Shown: piece after piece, positions 7,814 through 18,722 of the stretch
How positions within the stretch are numbered: position 1 is the stretch's first letter
Layout: each line of letters opens with the position of its first letter
Assembly (NCBI GenBank): GCA_020720815.1
Contig: DYNY01000004.1
Span: 1,783 to 65,782, forward strand
Direction: 5' to 3'
DNA: 64,000 nt
Origin: Candidatus Elulimicrobium sp.
Lineage (GTDB): Bacteria > Patescibacteriota > Minisyncoccia > Phycocordibacterales > UBA918
Program-made: the position numbers and the translations under genes
The notes under the pieces: generated by a model
Database searches by the model: none
What the model was told of the DNA's origin: nothing
What the model saw: only the letters and a program-made list of their open reading frames with translations

Positions 7814-9475
7814 CTAGTACATTCCACCACCCATTCCACCCATACCACCCATTCCGGCCATGTCAGACACTGCTTTTTCACGCTCTGGTTCATCAGCTAC
7901 CGCACATTCAGTGGTCAGTAGGATGCCCGCGGCTGAAACAGCATGTTGTACACAAGCTCTTTCAACTTTTACAGGATCAATAATTCCCGCCTTAATCATA
8001 TCATCCACCATTATTCCTTTAGATGCATCAAAGCCAGCATTGCCACCAGCTTCTTTTACTTTTTGTACAATCACTGCCCCATCAATCTTGCCAGTATTAT
8101 CAGCGATCTGACGTAGTGGCATTTCAAGTGCTTTAAGCACAATACTATAGCCAACCAATTCCTCCTTATCCATTTGCTTCTTAGAGAGGATGTCCTTTTC
8201 AACAATCGCAGCAGCCCGAGTCAATGAAGTACCACCCCCTGGCACGATTCCCTCTTCAATCGCGGCCTTAGTGGCATTGACCGCATCTTCAATCTTAAGT
8301 TTAAGATATTTCATCTCGGCCTCAGTCGCGGCTCCGACTCGGATAACCGCCACCCCGCCAGACAACTTAGCAATTCTTTCTTCAATTTTTTCCTTATCGA
8401 ATTTAGAGGTAGTTGCCTCTAGCTGAGCTTTTAGTGACTTTACACGATTTGTAATAACTGATTTATCACCACCGCCACCAACAATTACCGTATTGTCTTT
8501 GGTAGCAATTACTCGATCGGCTTTACCGAGTTGAGCAATTTCTGTCGTCTCAAGTTTTAAACCAACTTCTTCCGAAATAACTTGACCACCAGTAGTAGCG
8601 GCCAAATCGGCCAAGAGTTCTTTTTTACGATCACCATAACCAGGCGCTTTTACCGCCAAAACTGAAAAGCCACCCTTAATGCGGTTTACCACAAAAGTAG
8701 CTAAGGCTTCTCCCTCAACATCATCAGCAATAATCACCAATTCTTTCTTGCCGGTCTGTGCTATTTTTTCTAGTAGTGGCAAAATTTCTTGTACTGAGGC
8801 AATTTTTTTATCAGTAATCAAAATTATGGCACTTTTTTGTTCGGCCTCCATTCGCTCTGGATTTGTCACCATATATGGTGAGACATAGCCTTTATCAAAT
8901 TGCATACCTTCAGTCAATTCAGTCTCGATACCAAAAGACTGTGATTCTTCAACTGTAACTACTCCATCTTTTCCTACCTTGTCAATAGTTTCAGCAATTT
9001 TTTCTCCTAGCTCAGCACTTTCAGCTGAAATCGTCGCGACTTGCTTTATTTCATCAAGCGAGGTAATTGGTGTAGCCATCTTGCGTAAAGCCTCTACCAC
9101 ATCCGCCGACGCATGCTCCATCCCATTTCGTACCGCCATGGCATTAAGTCCCATAGTGGTTTGCCTAAGACCTTCAGTAAATAGAGCCTGAGTTAAAACA
9201 GTTGCCGTAGTGGTTCCATCGCCAGCTAGTTCATTAGTTTTATTGGCCACTTCCTTAATAATTTCAGCACCCATGTTCTCAAACTTATCCTTAAGAGTTA
9301 TTTCACGCGCAATTGAAACACCATCATTGGTGATGGTTGGTCCACCATAGCCTTTATCTAAAATGACATTTCTCCCGCGCGGTCCAAGCGTTACCTTAAC
9401 AGCGTTGGCAACAGTATCGACTCCTTTCTGTAATTTCTTCTTAACTTCTTCGCCGTACATTACTTGTTTAGCCAT
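7814..9475 (-). CDS. groL: Chaperonin GroEL (60 kDa)
   Basis: [10 protein letters not shown] start, [10 protein letters not shown] segment, C-terminal GGM repeats. 553 aa. Confidence 0.97.
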   Translation of the reverse strand: MAKQVMYGEEVKKKLQKGVDTVANAVKVTLGPRGRNVILDKGYGGPTITNDGVSIAREITLKDKFENMGAEIIKEVANKTNELAGDGTTTATVLTQALFTEGLRQTTMGLNAMAVRNGMEHASADVVEALRKMATPITSLDEIKQVATISAESAELGEKIAETIDKVGKDGVVTVEESQSFGIETELTEGMQFDKGYVSPYMVTNPERMEAEQKSAIILITDKKIASVQEILPLLEKIAQTGKKELVIIADDVEGEALATFVVNRIKGGFSVLAVKAPGYGDRKKELLADLAATTGGQVISEEVGLKLETTEIAQLGKADRVIATKDNTVIVGGGGDKSVITNRVKSLKAQLEATTSKFDKEKIEERIAKLSGGVAVIRVGAATEAEMKYLKLKIEDAVNATKAAIEEGIVPGGGTSLTRAAAIVEKDILSKKQMDKEELVGYSIVLKALEMPLRQIADNTGKIDGAVIVQKVKEAGGNAGFDASKGIMVDDMIKAGIIDPVKVERACVQHAVSAAGILLTTECAVADEPEREKAVSDMAGMGGMGGMGGGMY

Positions 9476-9488
9476 AATTTATCAGTTT

Positions 9489-9821
9489 TTAACTTGTAAA
9501 GACTCCTAAAATACTATTCTCTGGCACGATAAAATACTCCATGTTATCTAATTTCACTTCATCATAGCCATATTTAGAAAATATAACTCTGTCTCCGACT
9601 TTTACTTCCATAGGAATTCTTTTTTCACCGTCTTCATCCCATTTACCTAATCCAACAGCGATTACTATTCCTTGCTCTGGTTTTTCTTTCTTAGCAGTAT
9701 CAGGAATAATAATGCCTGACAGTGAAACTGCACCATTCTCAATATCAGTTAATGGTCGCACGATTACTCTATCGCCTAGTGGTTTAATTGGACTTACGCC
9801 CGTGATTGAATGTTCTGACAT
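9489..9821 (-). CDS. groS: Co-chaperonin GroES
   Basis: [12 protein letters not shown] motif. The true start may be internal to the listed ORF (possibly a non-ATG start near [12 protein letters not shown]). Confidence 0.85.
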   Translation of the reverse strand: MSEHSITGVSPIKPLGDRVIVRPLTDIENGAVSLSGIIIPDTAKKEKPEQGIVIAVGLGKWDEDGEKRIPMEVKVGDRVIFSKYGYDEVKLDNMEYFIVPENSILGVFTS

Positions 9822-9909
9822 AATTATTTACGTGTATTAGTTAAACAATATTTGAACCTAATAACTCATACATACCACGCATAAAATACGCTCCACAACC
9901 CGCGTGGTC

Positions 9910-9940
9910 TTAGCATTATACGGCACAAAAAAATGCTGTC
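9910..9940. promoter_or_regulatory. Degenerate CIRCE-like inverted repeat (TTAGCATT-N15-AATGCTGT) upstream of groES
   Basis: Partial match to the HrcA operator TTAGCACTC-N9-GAGTGCTAA. The spacer is longer and the arms are imperfect. Confidence 0.25.
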
Positions 9941-10099
9941 AAAAAATGTTAACTTAGAAACAAATATTTAGTATGGACTAAATATTGATCACTTTTTCTA
10001 AGAGAGATAATATCTCCTCCCCTATTAACACATTATTAAATTTTATGACCAATCACATATCTTGCCACCGTGCTCTATTTCTGATATTATCTCGCTTAC

Positions 10100-10339
10100 A
10101 TGGAATTCATACACACAGTGCTACCAGCACTGCCTTACGTCCAAATCGTCCTCTCCATTCTGCTAATAACGGCTATTTTGCTGCAACAGCGGGGTTCGAG
10201 TCTCGGCGGTGCGTTTGGTGGTGACAATTTCAGCTCAGCCTTTCACAAACGCCGTGGAGCAGAATTATTTCTATTCCAATTCTCAATCGGTACTTCTATC
10301 TTGTTTGTATTGGCGACTTTCTTGAATATTCTGGTCTAA
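10100..10339 (+). CDS. secG: Preprotein translocase subunit SecG
   Basis: LLQQRGSSLGGAFGG signature and two TM helices. Confidence 0.8.
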   Translation: MEFIHTVLPALPYVQIVLSILLITAILLQQRGSSLGGAFGGDNFSSAFHKRRGAELFLFQFSIGTSILFVLATFLNILV

Positions 10340-10448
10340 ATTAATATTTCCACGTAATTTACTAGTGCTAGCTCAAAACGTTTACTAATTTGCTTCAGAA
10401 TACCGAGCCTTAAATAACGCAGCTAAAACTGCTACTACTTCTTTCTCT

Positions 10449-12173
10449 ATGCCGAATAAACTATCCATTACGGATCATCTCCTAGGAATTATAGAAAACA
10501 AAAAGCCCAGTGATCGCTTTATTTTGCGTGGACTATTAATTTTTACTATTGCGACTTTTATTTACTTTACCCTATCAGTTAATAATAGCTTCCTAATAAA
10601 CACACCGGCTCGTGGTGGCGTTTTAATCGAAGGAATTGTTGGTATACCAAGATTCGTAAATCCAGCCCTAGCTATCACCCGAGCTGATCAAGATACTGTA
10701 GCGCTTATATATAGTGGACTCATGAAAATAGACGAAAAAGGTACCCTAATTCCTGATCTGGCTGAAAATATAAGTGTTAGCGAAGACGGTCTAATTTATA
10801 CTATAATTCTTAAAAAGAATCGCTTTTTCCATGACGACACTTCGATTACCGCAAAAGATGTCATCTTTACCATCAATTTAATGCGTGACCCGGATCTAAA
10901 AAGTCCTTTACGAGGTAATTGGAATGACATCACTATAACTGAAGTAGGTAAATACGAATTGACCGTTACCTTAGCTGAGGCCTACTCTCCGTTTATTGAA
11001 AACTTTATTTTCGGTGTAATGCCAGAACATATTTGGAATAATTTACCGATTGAGCAATTACCCTTTAGTCAATACAATACTGAACCAATCGGTTCTGGAC
11101 CCTTCATGATTGCTAAAGTAAATCGAGATAGTTCCGGTTTAATTAGCGGTTATATTTTACGACCAGCCCCAAAAAATGAGATCCAACCAAATTTAGACTC
11201 TCTTGAGCTCAAATTTTTCCAAAACGAAACACTTTTAGCTACCGCTTTAGAAAAAGGTGAAATCACTAGTACGATTTTCTTACCCGCTGAGACTATTAGT
11301 CAACTAAACCAAGATAAGGTTGAAATTATCACTCATCCTTTACCCCGTATTTTTGGTATATTTTTTAATCAAAATCGGTCTGTTGTACTAAGAGATAAAG
11401 CAGCGCGAGAAGCTCTCAATGTTGCCATTGACAGAGAACTACTTGTCAAAGAAGTTCTAAGTGGTTTTGGTGTCCCCACCACAAAACCTATCGTTACCGA
11501 GCATCGTGCGTTACTATTGGGGGACACAGTTGAAGAAGACAATTCTACGAGTACATTTCGATCCCCAGAAGAAATTTTACAAACCGGAGGATGGAAAAAG
11601 AACGAAGCCGGTTTCTGGGAAAAAAAGCTTGATGATTCAATCCAGATTTTGTCTGTCACCATTAGGACAGGAAATTCACCTTTGTTCCAAAAAACAGCTG
11701 ACGGAGTAGCTCTGAGTTGGCGCAAAATTGGTATCGATGTTCATATCGAACAATACGAGCAGACCGGTCTGGTACAGTCAGTTATACGCTCTCGTGATTT
11801 TGAAGCTTTACTGTTTGGTCTTGATATGAACAGACTACAAGACCTGTATCCATTTTGGCATTCATCACAGAAAGATGATCCTGGACTAAATATTGCCCAG
11901 TATACCAATGTGCATGTAGATCGTTTACTGGAAGAAGCCCGCACCACCCAAGATAATGACGAACAATTAAGATTACTAGAAGAGACAAGTCAAATTATCG
12001 CTAGCGAAATACCAGCCATCTTCCTCTTTGCGCCAAGCATTAGTTACGTGGTAAATAAAAATATAAATGCAAGCGAGATGAATATGCTTGGAAGACCAGC
12101 CGACAGATTTATGAATATTAGCAATTGGCACGCCAGAACAACCGTAGTGTGGCCGATCTTTGAACAGAATTAA
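10449..12173 (+). CDS. Family-5 solute-binding protein (peptide/nickel ABC-transporter-like), membrane-anchored
   Basis: 574 aa with an N-terminal TM anchor. Overall similarity to the SBP_bac_5 architecture, judged by eye. Confidence 0.5.
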   Translation: MPNKLSITDHLLGIIENKKPSDRFILRGLLIFTIATFIYFTLSVNNSFLINTPARGGVLIEGIVGIPRFVNPALAITRADQDTVALIYSGLMKIDEKGTLIPDLAENISVSEDGLIYTIILKKNRFFHDDTSITAKDVIFTINLMRDPDLKSPLRGNWNDITITEVGKYELTVTLAEAYSPFIENFIFGVMPEHIWNNLPIEQLPFSQYNTEPIGSGPFMIAKVNRDSSGLISGYILRPAPKNEIQPNLDSLELKFFQNETLLATALEKGEITSTIFLPAETISQLNQDKVEIITHPLPRIFGIFFNQNRSVVLRDKAAREALNVAIDRELLVKEVLSGFGVPTTKPIVTEHRALLLGDTVEEDNSTSTFRSPEEILQTGGWKKNEAGFWEKKLDDSIQILSVTIRTGNSPLFQKTADGVALSWRKIGIDVHIEQYEQTGLVQSVIRSRDFEALLFGLDMNRLQDLYPFWHSSQKDDPGLNIAQYTNVHVDRLLEEARTTQDNDEQLRLLEETSQIIASEIPAIFLFAPSISYVVNKNINASEMNMLGRPADRFMNISNWHARTTVVWPIFEQN

Positions 12174-12191
12174 TAACTACTGAAAAATACT

Positions 12192-14126
12192 ATGAACTCT
12201 AACCCAATAAACAACAACCGATCACAGAGTGACCGACTAAACCAGAGGCCACCACATGGGCGCACCAACTACGTTCCCGGCAACAGACCAGTCGGGGCTA
12301 CTTCATCACCTAATAGAAAAACTTCAGCTGGCAGTAATGGACGAAGCAGACGTAACCACCCACAAAAAAGACGTAGTACCACTGCCCCGGCTTTGACCCA
12401 CCGCATGACTACTACTAATGAAAAAAATCCTGTTATTCCTGAAGTTATGGATGATGATACCGTACGTGTAATTCCAGTTTCGGGAGTAGAAGAAATTGGC
12501 CGCAATATGATTATTGTTGAAACCAAAGATGATATTGTTGTAATTGATGCTGGTTTTCAATTCGTTACTGAAGAAAGTAATGCTCCGGGAATAAACTATA
12601 TTCTACCAAACACCCAGTATCTAGAAGAACGAAAACATAAAATTCGTGCTCTCATTGTCACCCACGGCCACCTAGACCACATTGGTGGTATTCCTTTCAT
12701 TATTGAACGTATTGGTAATCCAGCGATTTATACCCAATATCTAACCTCTTTAATGATTCTCAAAAGACAAGAGGAATTTCCTCACATTGAACCAGTGAAC
12801 ATGAACGTTATAAAAGAGGGAGAAAGTTTTACGGTTGGAAAAATGCGTATTAAAACCTTCCCTGTCACTCACTCTATTCCTGATGCTATGGGTGTTTGCG
12901 TAGAAACAAAACATGGCGATGTTGTCATCACTGGTGATATTAAACTGGTTCACGAAGATGGGAAGGTAGTGGTAGAGGAAAGAGCTTCTTGGGAAAAAGT
13001 TGGTCTTAACAAAAACCTGGTCTTACTATGTGATTCAACTAACGCTGACCGGGAAGGTTTTTCTGCTTCTGAGGAACGCGTGTATGAGACTCTAGACAAT
13101 ATTATTGCCTCTGCCACCGGACGTCTGATTATAGGTACTTTTGCCTCTCAATTTGATCGACTCATCAATATTATTAAAACCTGTGAAAAACTGGGTAAGA
13201 AAGTAGTGCTTGAGGGTCGTAGTATTAAAACCAATATTGACATTGCCATTCAAGCAAAATTAATTGAAGTACAACCACATACTTTCATTTCCCCAAGTGA
13301 TATCGGGGATTACCCAAGCGACAAAATTGTTATCTTATCGACCGGTGCTCAAGGAGAGGAGTTTGCTGCTCTAATGCGAATGGCAACCGATAAGCACAAG
13401 TTCGTCACCTTAAACGAACGAGACACAGTGGTTCTATCGTCTTCCATCATTCCAGGTAACGAAATCGCTGTACAAAAGCTGAAAGATAATATTTATCGTA
13501 AGAACGTCCGCGTAGTAAATTACAAAGGCTCACACGTCCACTCCTCTGGACACGGTAACGCCGGCGAACTGGTTTGGATACACCAAGCGGTTAAGCCTAG
13601 GTTTTTAATTCCTGTGCATGGACATCACTACCATCTCAAGAGCCATATGTACGCCGCTATTGAAAATGGTTTTCCTAAAGAAAACATAGTGGTGCCAGAC
13701 AACGGAACTATCATCGATATAAAAAATGGTACTGAGATGATTCGTCATTCCATAAAGATCCCAACCGAGATGGTTTTGGTTGACGGCTTTACTGTCGGAA
13801 CTCGACAAGAAGTTGTCTTGCGCGACCGTCTCAGTCTTGCCCAAGATGGTATGTTTGTAATTATTGCCACTGTCAATAATAAGACCGGCAAGCTACGCAA
13901 ATCACCAGACATTATCTCACGTGGGTTTGTTTATCTAAGAGAAAATCAGCAACTACTATCTGAAGCCCGAGTACTGATTAAGAGAACTGTAGAAAAACAT
14001 ACCGAAAAAATGAATCCGCTTGATCTTGATTACGTAAAAGATCAACTATCTGATGTAGTCAGTGGCTTCTTGATGCAGAAGACACAAAAGACACCTATGG
14101 TTATCCCAGTCTTAATTGGTATATAA
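12192..14126 (+). CDS. rnj: Ribonuclease J (metallo-beta-lactamase / beta-CASP) with a basic N-terminal extension of about 90 aa
   Basis: ALIVTHGHLDHIGG HxHxDH motif and beta-CASP and C-terminal domains. The N-terminus is R/N/P-rich. Alternative starts exist at 12408 and 12447. Confidence 0.85.
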   Translation: MNSNPINNNRSQSDRLNQRPPHGRTNYVPGNRPVGATSSPNRKTSAGSNGRSRRNHPQKRRSTTAPALTHRMTTTNEKNPVIPEVMDDDTVRVIPVSGVEEIGRNMIIVETKDDIVVIDAGFQFVTEESNAPGINYILPNTQYLEERKHKIRALIVTHGHLDHIGGIPFIIERIGNPAIYTQYLTSLMILKRQEEFPHIEPVNMNVIKEGESFTVGKMRIKTFPVTHSIPDAMGVCVETKHGDVVITGDIKLVHEDGKVVVEERASWEKVGLNKNLVLLCDSTNADREGFSASEERVYETLDNIIASATGRLIIGTFASQFDRLINIIKTCEKLGKKVVLEGRSIKTNIDIAIQAKLIEVQPHTFISPSDIGDYPSDKIVILSTGAQGEEFAALMRMATDKHKFVTLNERDTVVLSSSIIPGNEIAVQKLKDNIYRKNVRVVNYKGSHVHSSGHGNAGELVWIHQAVKPRFLIPVHGHHYHLKSHMYAAIENGFPKENIVVPDNGTIIDIKNGTEMIRHSIKIPTEMVLVDGFTVGTRQEVVLRDRLSLAQDGMFVIIATVNNKTGKLRKSPDIISRGFVYLRENQQLLSEARVLIKRTVEKHTEKMNPLDLDYVKDQLSDVVSGFLMQKTQKTPMVIPVLIGI

Positions 14127-14152
14127 ATAGTTACCCACGTTAAATAAAAATT

Positions 14153-15400
14153 TTGTTAAAAATCCATAGTACACTTAAGTGTACTATGGATTTTTATCGT
14201 CACCTTTTTACCCGTTCACCTGAAGGCTCACCAGTAACCTTCACGCTAATTTATTTAGTATCGATTATCTTCACCTTCCAAACTCTACTTACAGCTTACA
14301 GTAGCTCTACTTACCTAGAACAATTCATCGCTCCTAAGTTGATTGGTTTATTATTTGCCGGCGGTGCAACAGGAGCAATGGTCTTATCTTTACTACTACC
14401 AAGAATATTAAAGTCTTTAGGTAATTTTAAAACCATTATCCTCTTAGTTTTAATGATAAATTTGTCTCTAATTTTTGTTGGTACAGCGGTTACACCCTCC
14501 ATTACCATTGTTGCTTTCGTTTTTTACCTCATCATAAATCCGCAAGTCTATCTTAATATAGATATTTTCTTAGAAACACTAATCGGTGAAAATGAGGGTG
14601 ATACCGGTACTAAGCGTGGTCTTATTCTCTCTATTACAAGTGTTGCCGCCTTCTTTTCTCCACTAGTGATGGGACTAATTATCGGAGATAATAATAATTT
14701 TGCTAATATCTATTATGTCGGAGCTTCTGTTGGACTACTACTAATTGGCATTTTAATTAATCACTTCCGACATTTTTATGATCCTATTTATCGCACCATA
14801 AAAATCAAAGATATGATCCGTGATTCGGCTAGTAACATTAATCTCCGAACCGTCATGTCAACCCAATTTCTCTTACAGTTCTTTTATGCTTGGGCTGTAA
14901 TTTATTTTCCTTTATTTTTGGCGACTGAAGTAGGACTGGATTGGACATACATTAGCTATATAATTGCCTCTGGGTTGTCTGCTTTTGTCATCTTTGAATA
15001 TCCAATTGGAGTCATGGCCGACCGTCACTGGGGTGAAAAAGAAATGATGGCTATTGGCTTTGTTATCCTGGCTATCGCCTCAGCTAGTATCACTTACATG
15101 TCTGCTGTCGGTTTAGTCGGCTGGATGCTTCTCATGTTCTTTAGTCGTATTGGCGCCAGCTTGGTTGAAGTAACTACTGAGAGTTATTTCTTTAAACAAG
15201 TCAAAGGCGACCAACCAAACGTCATCAGCCTATTTCGCCTCATGCGACCATTAGCCAACCTCGCCGGGGCACTTGTCGGTAGTGTCACGCTTTATTACCT
15301 AGACAAACACGGTGCGCCATTTAGCTTTATGTTTTTCGTCCTTGCCCTCGTCATGGCCTCCGGCGTTTTCATCACCTCATTTTTGACTGATACTAAATAA
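14153..15400 (+). CDS. MFS-type membrane transporter
   Basis: 415 aa with about 12 predicted TM helices. Confidence 0.5.
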   Translation: MLKIHSTLKCTMDFYRHLFTRSPEGSPVTFTLIYLVSIIFTFQTLLTAYSSSTYLEQFIAPKLIGLLFAGGATGAMVLSLLLPRILKSLGNFKTIILLVLMINLSLIFVGTAVTPSITIVAFVFYLIINPQVYLNIDIFLETLIGENEGDTGTKRGLILSITSVAAFFSPLVMGLIIGDNNNFANIYYVGASVGLLLIGILINHFRHFYDPIYRTIKIKDMIRDSASNINLRTVMSTQFLLQFFYAWAVIYFPLFLATEVGLDWTYISYIIASGLSAFVIFEYPIGVMADRHWGEKEMMAIGFVILAIASASITYMSAVGLVGWMLLMFFSRIGASLVEVTTESYFFKQVKGDQPNVISLFRLMRPLANLAGALVGSVTLYYLDKHGAPFSFMFFVLALVMASGVFITSFLTDTK

Positions 15401-15413
15401 ATACCAACCTGAC

Positions 15414-16100
15414 CTACAAATAATAAATAACGTCTTTGCGTTCTACTACCACTTCCCACTTCATGCGCTTGGCGTGATTCTGTAACTTTTGGTTGGGGTT
15501 AAAGCAAATTGGATGTTCAACCGATTCTAGTAGCGATATATCACTCTCCGTATCTCCGACAGCAATTGAATCTTTACTAGTTAAGATTGGGTTATTTTCA
15601 AATACACGCTTTACAATATTGGCTTTGTTATTTATTAGATGTTCGTCGACTATCACCCCGGTAAATCTATCTTGAGGACCAAGCTCATATATGCGACCAT
15701 ACACCTTATCGAAACCGTACTGCAAACAGAAATCATCTAAAAGTGTTTTGGGTGACTGTGAGATAGCTACTATATAGTAATCTTCACTCTTTAGTTTCTT
15801 AATCAGGTCTCTAGTATAGCGATAAACACGTCGACGCTGTACCGCTACCACCCGACGACCAATGTCGGCCAAGTCACCATAATAGACACCCTTAATATAT
15901 TTTAAATAAACCACAATGACTGCTACGATATAGTCTTCATAAGCACCCTCGCGATTTTGCCAAGCTTCATAAACTTCACGAATTTCCTCTTTAGCTTCCG
16001 CCGGAAAAACACTTTGCGTAATTAACGCATCTACAATTTCTACTAAAAGGCTTGAGCGAAAAACAGTGCCATCAATATCAAAAAAGGCGACTCTTTGCAT
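15414..16100 (-). CDS. HAD-superfamily hydrolase
   Basis: N-terminal FFDIDGTV (DxDGT) motif. 228 aa. Confidence 0.65.
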   Translation of the reverse strand: MQRVAFFDIDGTVFRSSLLVEIVDALITQSVFPAEAKEEIREVYEAWQNREGAYEDYIVAVIVVYLKYIKGVYYGDLADIGRRVVAVQRRRVYRYTRDLIKKLKSEDYYIVAISQSPKTLLDDFCLQYGFDKVYGRIYELGPQDRFTGVIVDEHLINNKANIVKRVFENNPILTSKDSIAVGDTESDISLLESVEHPICFNPNQKLQNHAKRMKWEVVVERKDVIYYL

Positions 16101-16117
16101 ATCTAGCTAGTGTAACA

Positions 16118-16162
16118 AATAATCTGGCCGTCTGCCTTATGGCAGACGGCCAGATTATTTCG
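16118..16162 (-). terminator. Strong hairpin (19-bp perfect stem aataatctggccgtctgcc / ggcagacggccagattatt)
   Basis: Lies between the convergent ends of the 16205..17074 gene and the HAD gene. The U-tract is weak. Confidence 0.45.
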
Positions 16163-16204
16163 TGCCAAACAACGTAAAAGTGTGCCTTTCGCGTAGGTCC
16201 TTAA

Positions 16205-17074
16205 TTAGGAAACCTGGATAAAAACAGCTTGCAGAGCCTGCCACTCTTCCTTACTCAGTTTTTCCTCTAAGTATTTACCTTCTACTTCCTTACCAATTGA
16301 TTGTAAGCTAATACCCTCATCCGGGTAAACGGCAATTACATACCCCACAAACCCTATCCCATCTACAAGCTTACCTTCTAAGACTGAGCCGGTCTTTGGG
16401 AAAACACCAATCTTAACCCCTAAATGACCCTTAAGTAGTTCATGCCATTGTCCCGGAAGGCGTGGGCGTTCTTTACCCCAAGGAATATTAATATTCTGTT
16501 CCTTGAGCTTATAGGCCACAAATTCAACTGACTGGAGAGGTAGATATAACTCTGTTGTAAAAAATTCATCACTAATTGCTTGACGTAACTTTCTTGTCTC
16601 ACCATCAGAAGCCAAATAGACGTTATCGGGAGTAAAAGTTGGAAAAACATCAGCTCGATTTGTAGTTAGGGCATCTTTTAAAACCCAAGCTGATTCAGTC
16701 AAATACAGAATACGTACAAACCTTCCTTCATAGCCCAGTATACTAACCTTTTCACCATAACCATACTCATTAAGCTTAGTGTCAAAGGCCCATAGTGACT
16801 GGGTCATTATACCGGTTTTTGCTACAACAATATAACCAACCGGCAAAGCCGATATCATGCTGGGAGAAATAGATTCGGCTGATTTTACGTAACTTTTCTG
16901 AGTAGGAGTTTTTAATTCCTCATTCTCTAATGCTAATTGTTCATGGTGCGGAATCAATAATAGCGGAGCTACAAAAGATTGCGGTGATAGTTTCTTATTA
17001 GATACTATAAGTTCCATAATAAACTCCCACAAATCAATTAAGACGGCCAGAAATACCTTCATACACTTTACCAA
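16205..17074 (-). CDS. Hypothetical protein
   Basis: 289 aa ORF with no recognisable catalytic motif. The start may be at the internal Met (MELIVS..). Confidence 0.35.
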   Translation of the reverse strand: MVKCMKVFLAVLIDLWEFIMELIVSNKKLSPQSFVAPLLLIPHHEQLALENEELKTPTQKSYVKSAESISPSMISALPVGYIVVAKTGIMTQSLWAFDTKLNEYGYGEKVSILGYEGRFVRILYLTESAWVLKDALTTNRADVFPTFTPDNVYLASDGETRKLRQAISDEFFTTELYLPLQSVEFVAYKLKEQNINIPWGKERPRLPGQWHELLKGHLGVKIGVFPKTGSVLEGKLVDGIGFVGYVIAVYPDEGISLQSIGKEVEGKYLEEKLSKEEWQALQAVFIQVS

Positions 17075-17123
17075 GAATTAAGACTTACTATCTACCCTGA
17101 GTGCGCGCTTATAAACAAACCTC

Positions 17124-18236
17124 TTAAAATGAGCGAAGCGATAAATAGCAACGCTCAGCTACTGAACCAAAGGTTGCAAGAAATAGGGTCATTAGAATAA
17201 CTAGCCCAATAATTGGAATATAGATTAATGCATGGATAGCTAACACGCCAAGGACAATCTGTACTACTGACTGCTCACGTGTTTTTGGTAAAAAAGAACC
17301 TAGATATGAGCCAGTTACAATTCCAATTAAACCAATACTTGATAAGATACCAGCAATGTATAGGAACACAATAGTAATACCAAAAATACTACCAAGGGTA
17401 CTGACTATTAAAATAAAGGCGGAGATCGGTATTAAAAAGAATAAACCAAAACCAATAGTTAAACTACGAACAAAATGTAGACGAGCGCCGTCTTTTACCC
17501 TGGCAGTAAAAGGTTTAAATAGTAAGTACCAAACCAAACTAGCAAACATTGTCACCAAAAGCGGAATCAAAAATAATTTGACAGGCTGTGCTACTGGCAA
17601 CATAGCCGAGCTACGAGTAATATCACCACCAATGTCAGTATTTTGTGATCTGATTAACTCAGTATTACTGGTATAAGAAACATTATTTGCTATCTTTGCT
17701 CGCTCACCCAACACCAAGGCCGTAGTGGTTACGTCAACTCCCCCTTTAACTTCAGCATCAATTCTCAATTTACTGCTGTTACCAATTATATTTTTACCAA
17801 TCGTACCGCTTATATCTGCCACACTACCAAAGAAAAGAATATCCCCGCCAATAACTGCTGTAGAGAGAACATTTAACTCACTTGCCACAACCACCAGGTC
17901 GCCAGCAATATCACCATCAATCGTTACTGTACCACCGACAATCCTCACGTCATCTCCTGCTGTGCCATGAAAATTAACAGTACCACCAATCACACCAACA
18001 TCTTTTTTAATTTCCCCGTTTAAAGTCAGAGTACGACCAGCCAACATTAAATCTTCCGAAATTTTACCGGAAATAGCAATCGAATCACCCAAACCATAAA
18101 AATCACCCTCTACTTCTTGATCAGACGCAATGGACACCAAATCACCACTTCGTACTACCGAGGAAGCGTTGGTCACAAACGGCATAACCGTCATAATTAT
18201 AGGCATAGCCAAGGTGAAAATTTTTAGGTAAGACAT
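17124..18236 (-). CDS. Membrane protein with an N-terminal signal, a repetitive beta-helix-like region and a C-terminal multi-TM domain
   Basis: Repeats of the form GDxxIxG (GDLVSIASD, GDSIAISG, GGTVNFHG, GGTVTIDGDIAGD). The C-terminus has 4-5 hydrophobic helices. Confidence 0.4.
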   Translation of the reverse strand: MSYLKIFTLAMPIIMTVMPFVTNASSVVRSGDLVSIASDQEVEGDFYGLGDSIAISGKISEDLMLAGRTLTLNGEIKKDVGVIGGTVNFHGTAGDDVRIVGGTVTIDGDIAGDLVVVASELNVLSTAVIGGDILFFGSVADISGTIGKNIIGNSSKLRIDAEVKGGVDVTTTALVLGERAKIANNVSYTSNTELIRSQNTDIGGDITRSSAMLPVAQPVKLFLIPLLVTMFASLVWYLLFKPFTARVKDGARLHFVRSLTIGFGLFFLIPISAFILIVSTLGSIFGITIVFLYIAGILSSIGLIGIVTGSYLGSFLPKTREQSVVQIVLGVLAIHALIYIPIIGLVILMTLFLATFGSVAERCYLSLRSF

Positions 18237-18469
18237 AAAGACTACAAATTAAATTACAAGAATTATCGCTAAAATATCCTCCACCCTAGACTATTTTAAA
18301 TAGCTAGTAGGTTTTATGCCGTGCATTGTAGCACAGTTTGACCCTACTTCATAACCACTAAACTTGATTAATACTAGAAAATAGTTCTTTGTAAATACCA
18401 ATAAATAGCAATGCTTAATAGTATTGAAATAATTAGAATTAGTGTCGTAGCGTATAAAAAATTTTTCAT

Positions 18470-18639
18470 TTAGACTGGTATTCTATCGGGATTTGCAAGA
18501 AAGCAATCATCATCATAGCGACTGTAATCAAAAACAATAAGGCGCCAAATACCATCAGGCGCGGACGCGATAATTCCATCTGACCAGTGTGCCAGTTACG
18601 GGTATAGAGAAAAGAAAAGACAAAGCGAAAAAAAGACAT
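18470..18639 (-). CDS. Small hypothetical membrane protein (56 aa)
   Basis: ATG..TGA ORF MSFFRFVFSFLYTRNW...LFLITVAMMMIAFLQ in an otherwise empty intergenic region. Below the ORF-track length cutoff. Confidence 0.2.
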
Positions 18640-18722
18640 ATTTTATTTATTAAAGTTTAACATATTTTAATATATTAAAGAACCAAAACCCTACTGGGTT
18701 ATCGATCTTTCATTACTTAATA

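Noticed and set aside
7860-9191. Short plus-strand ORFs antisense to groEL
   Set aside because: Embedded within a highly conserved gene on the opposite strand, with low-complexity Ser/Ala/Thr-rich translations.
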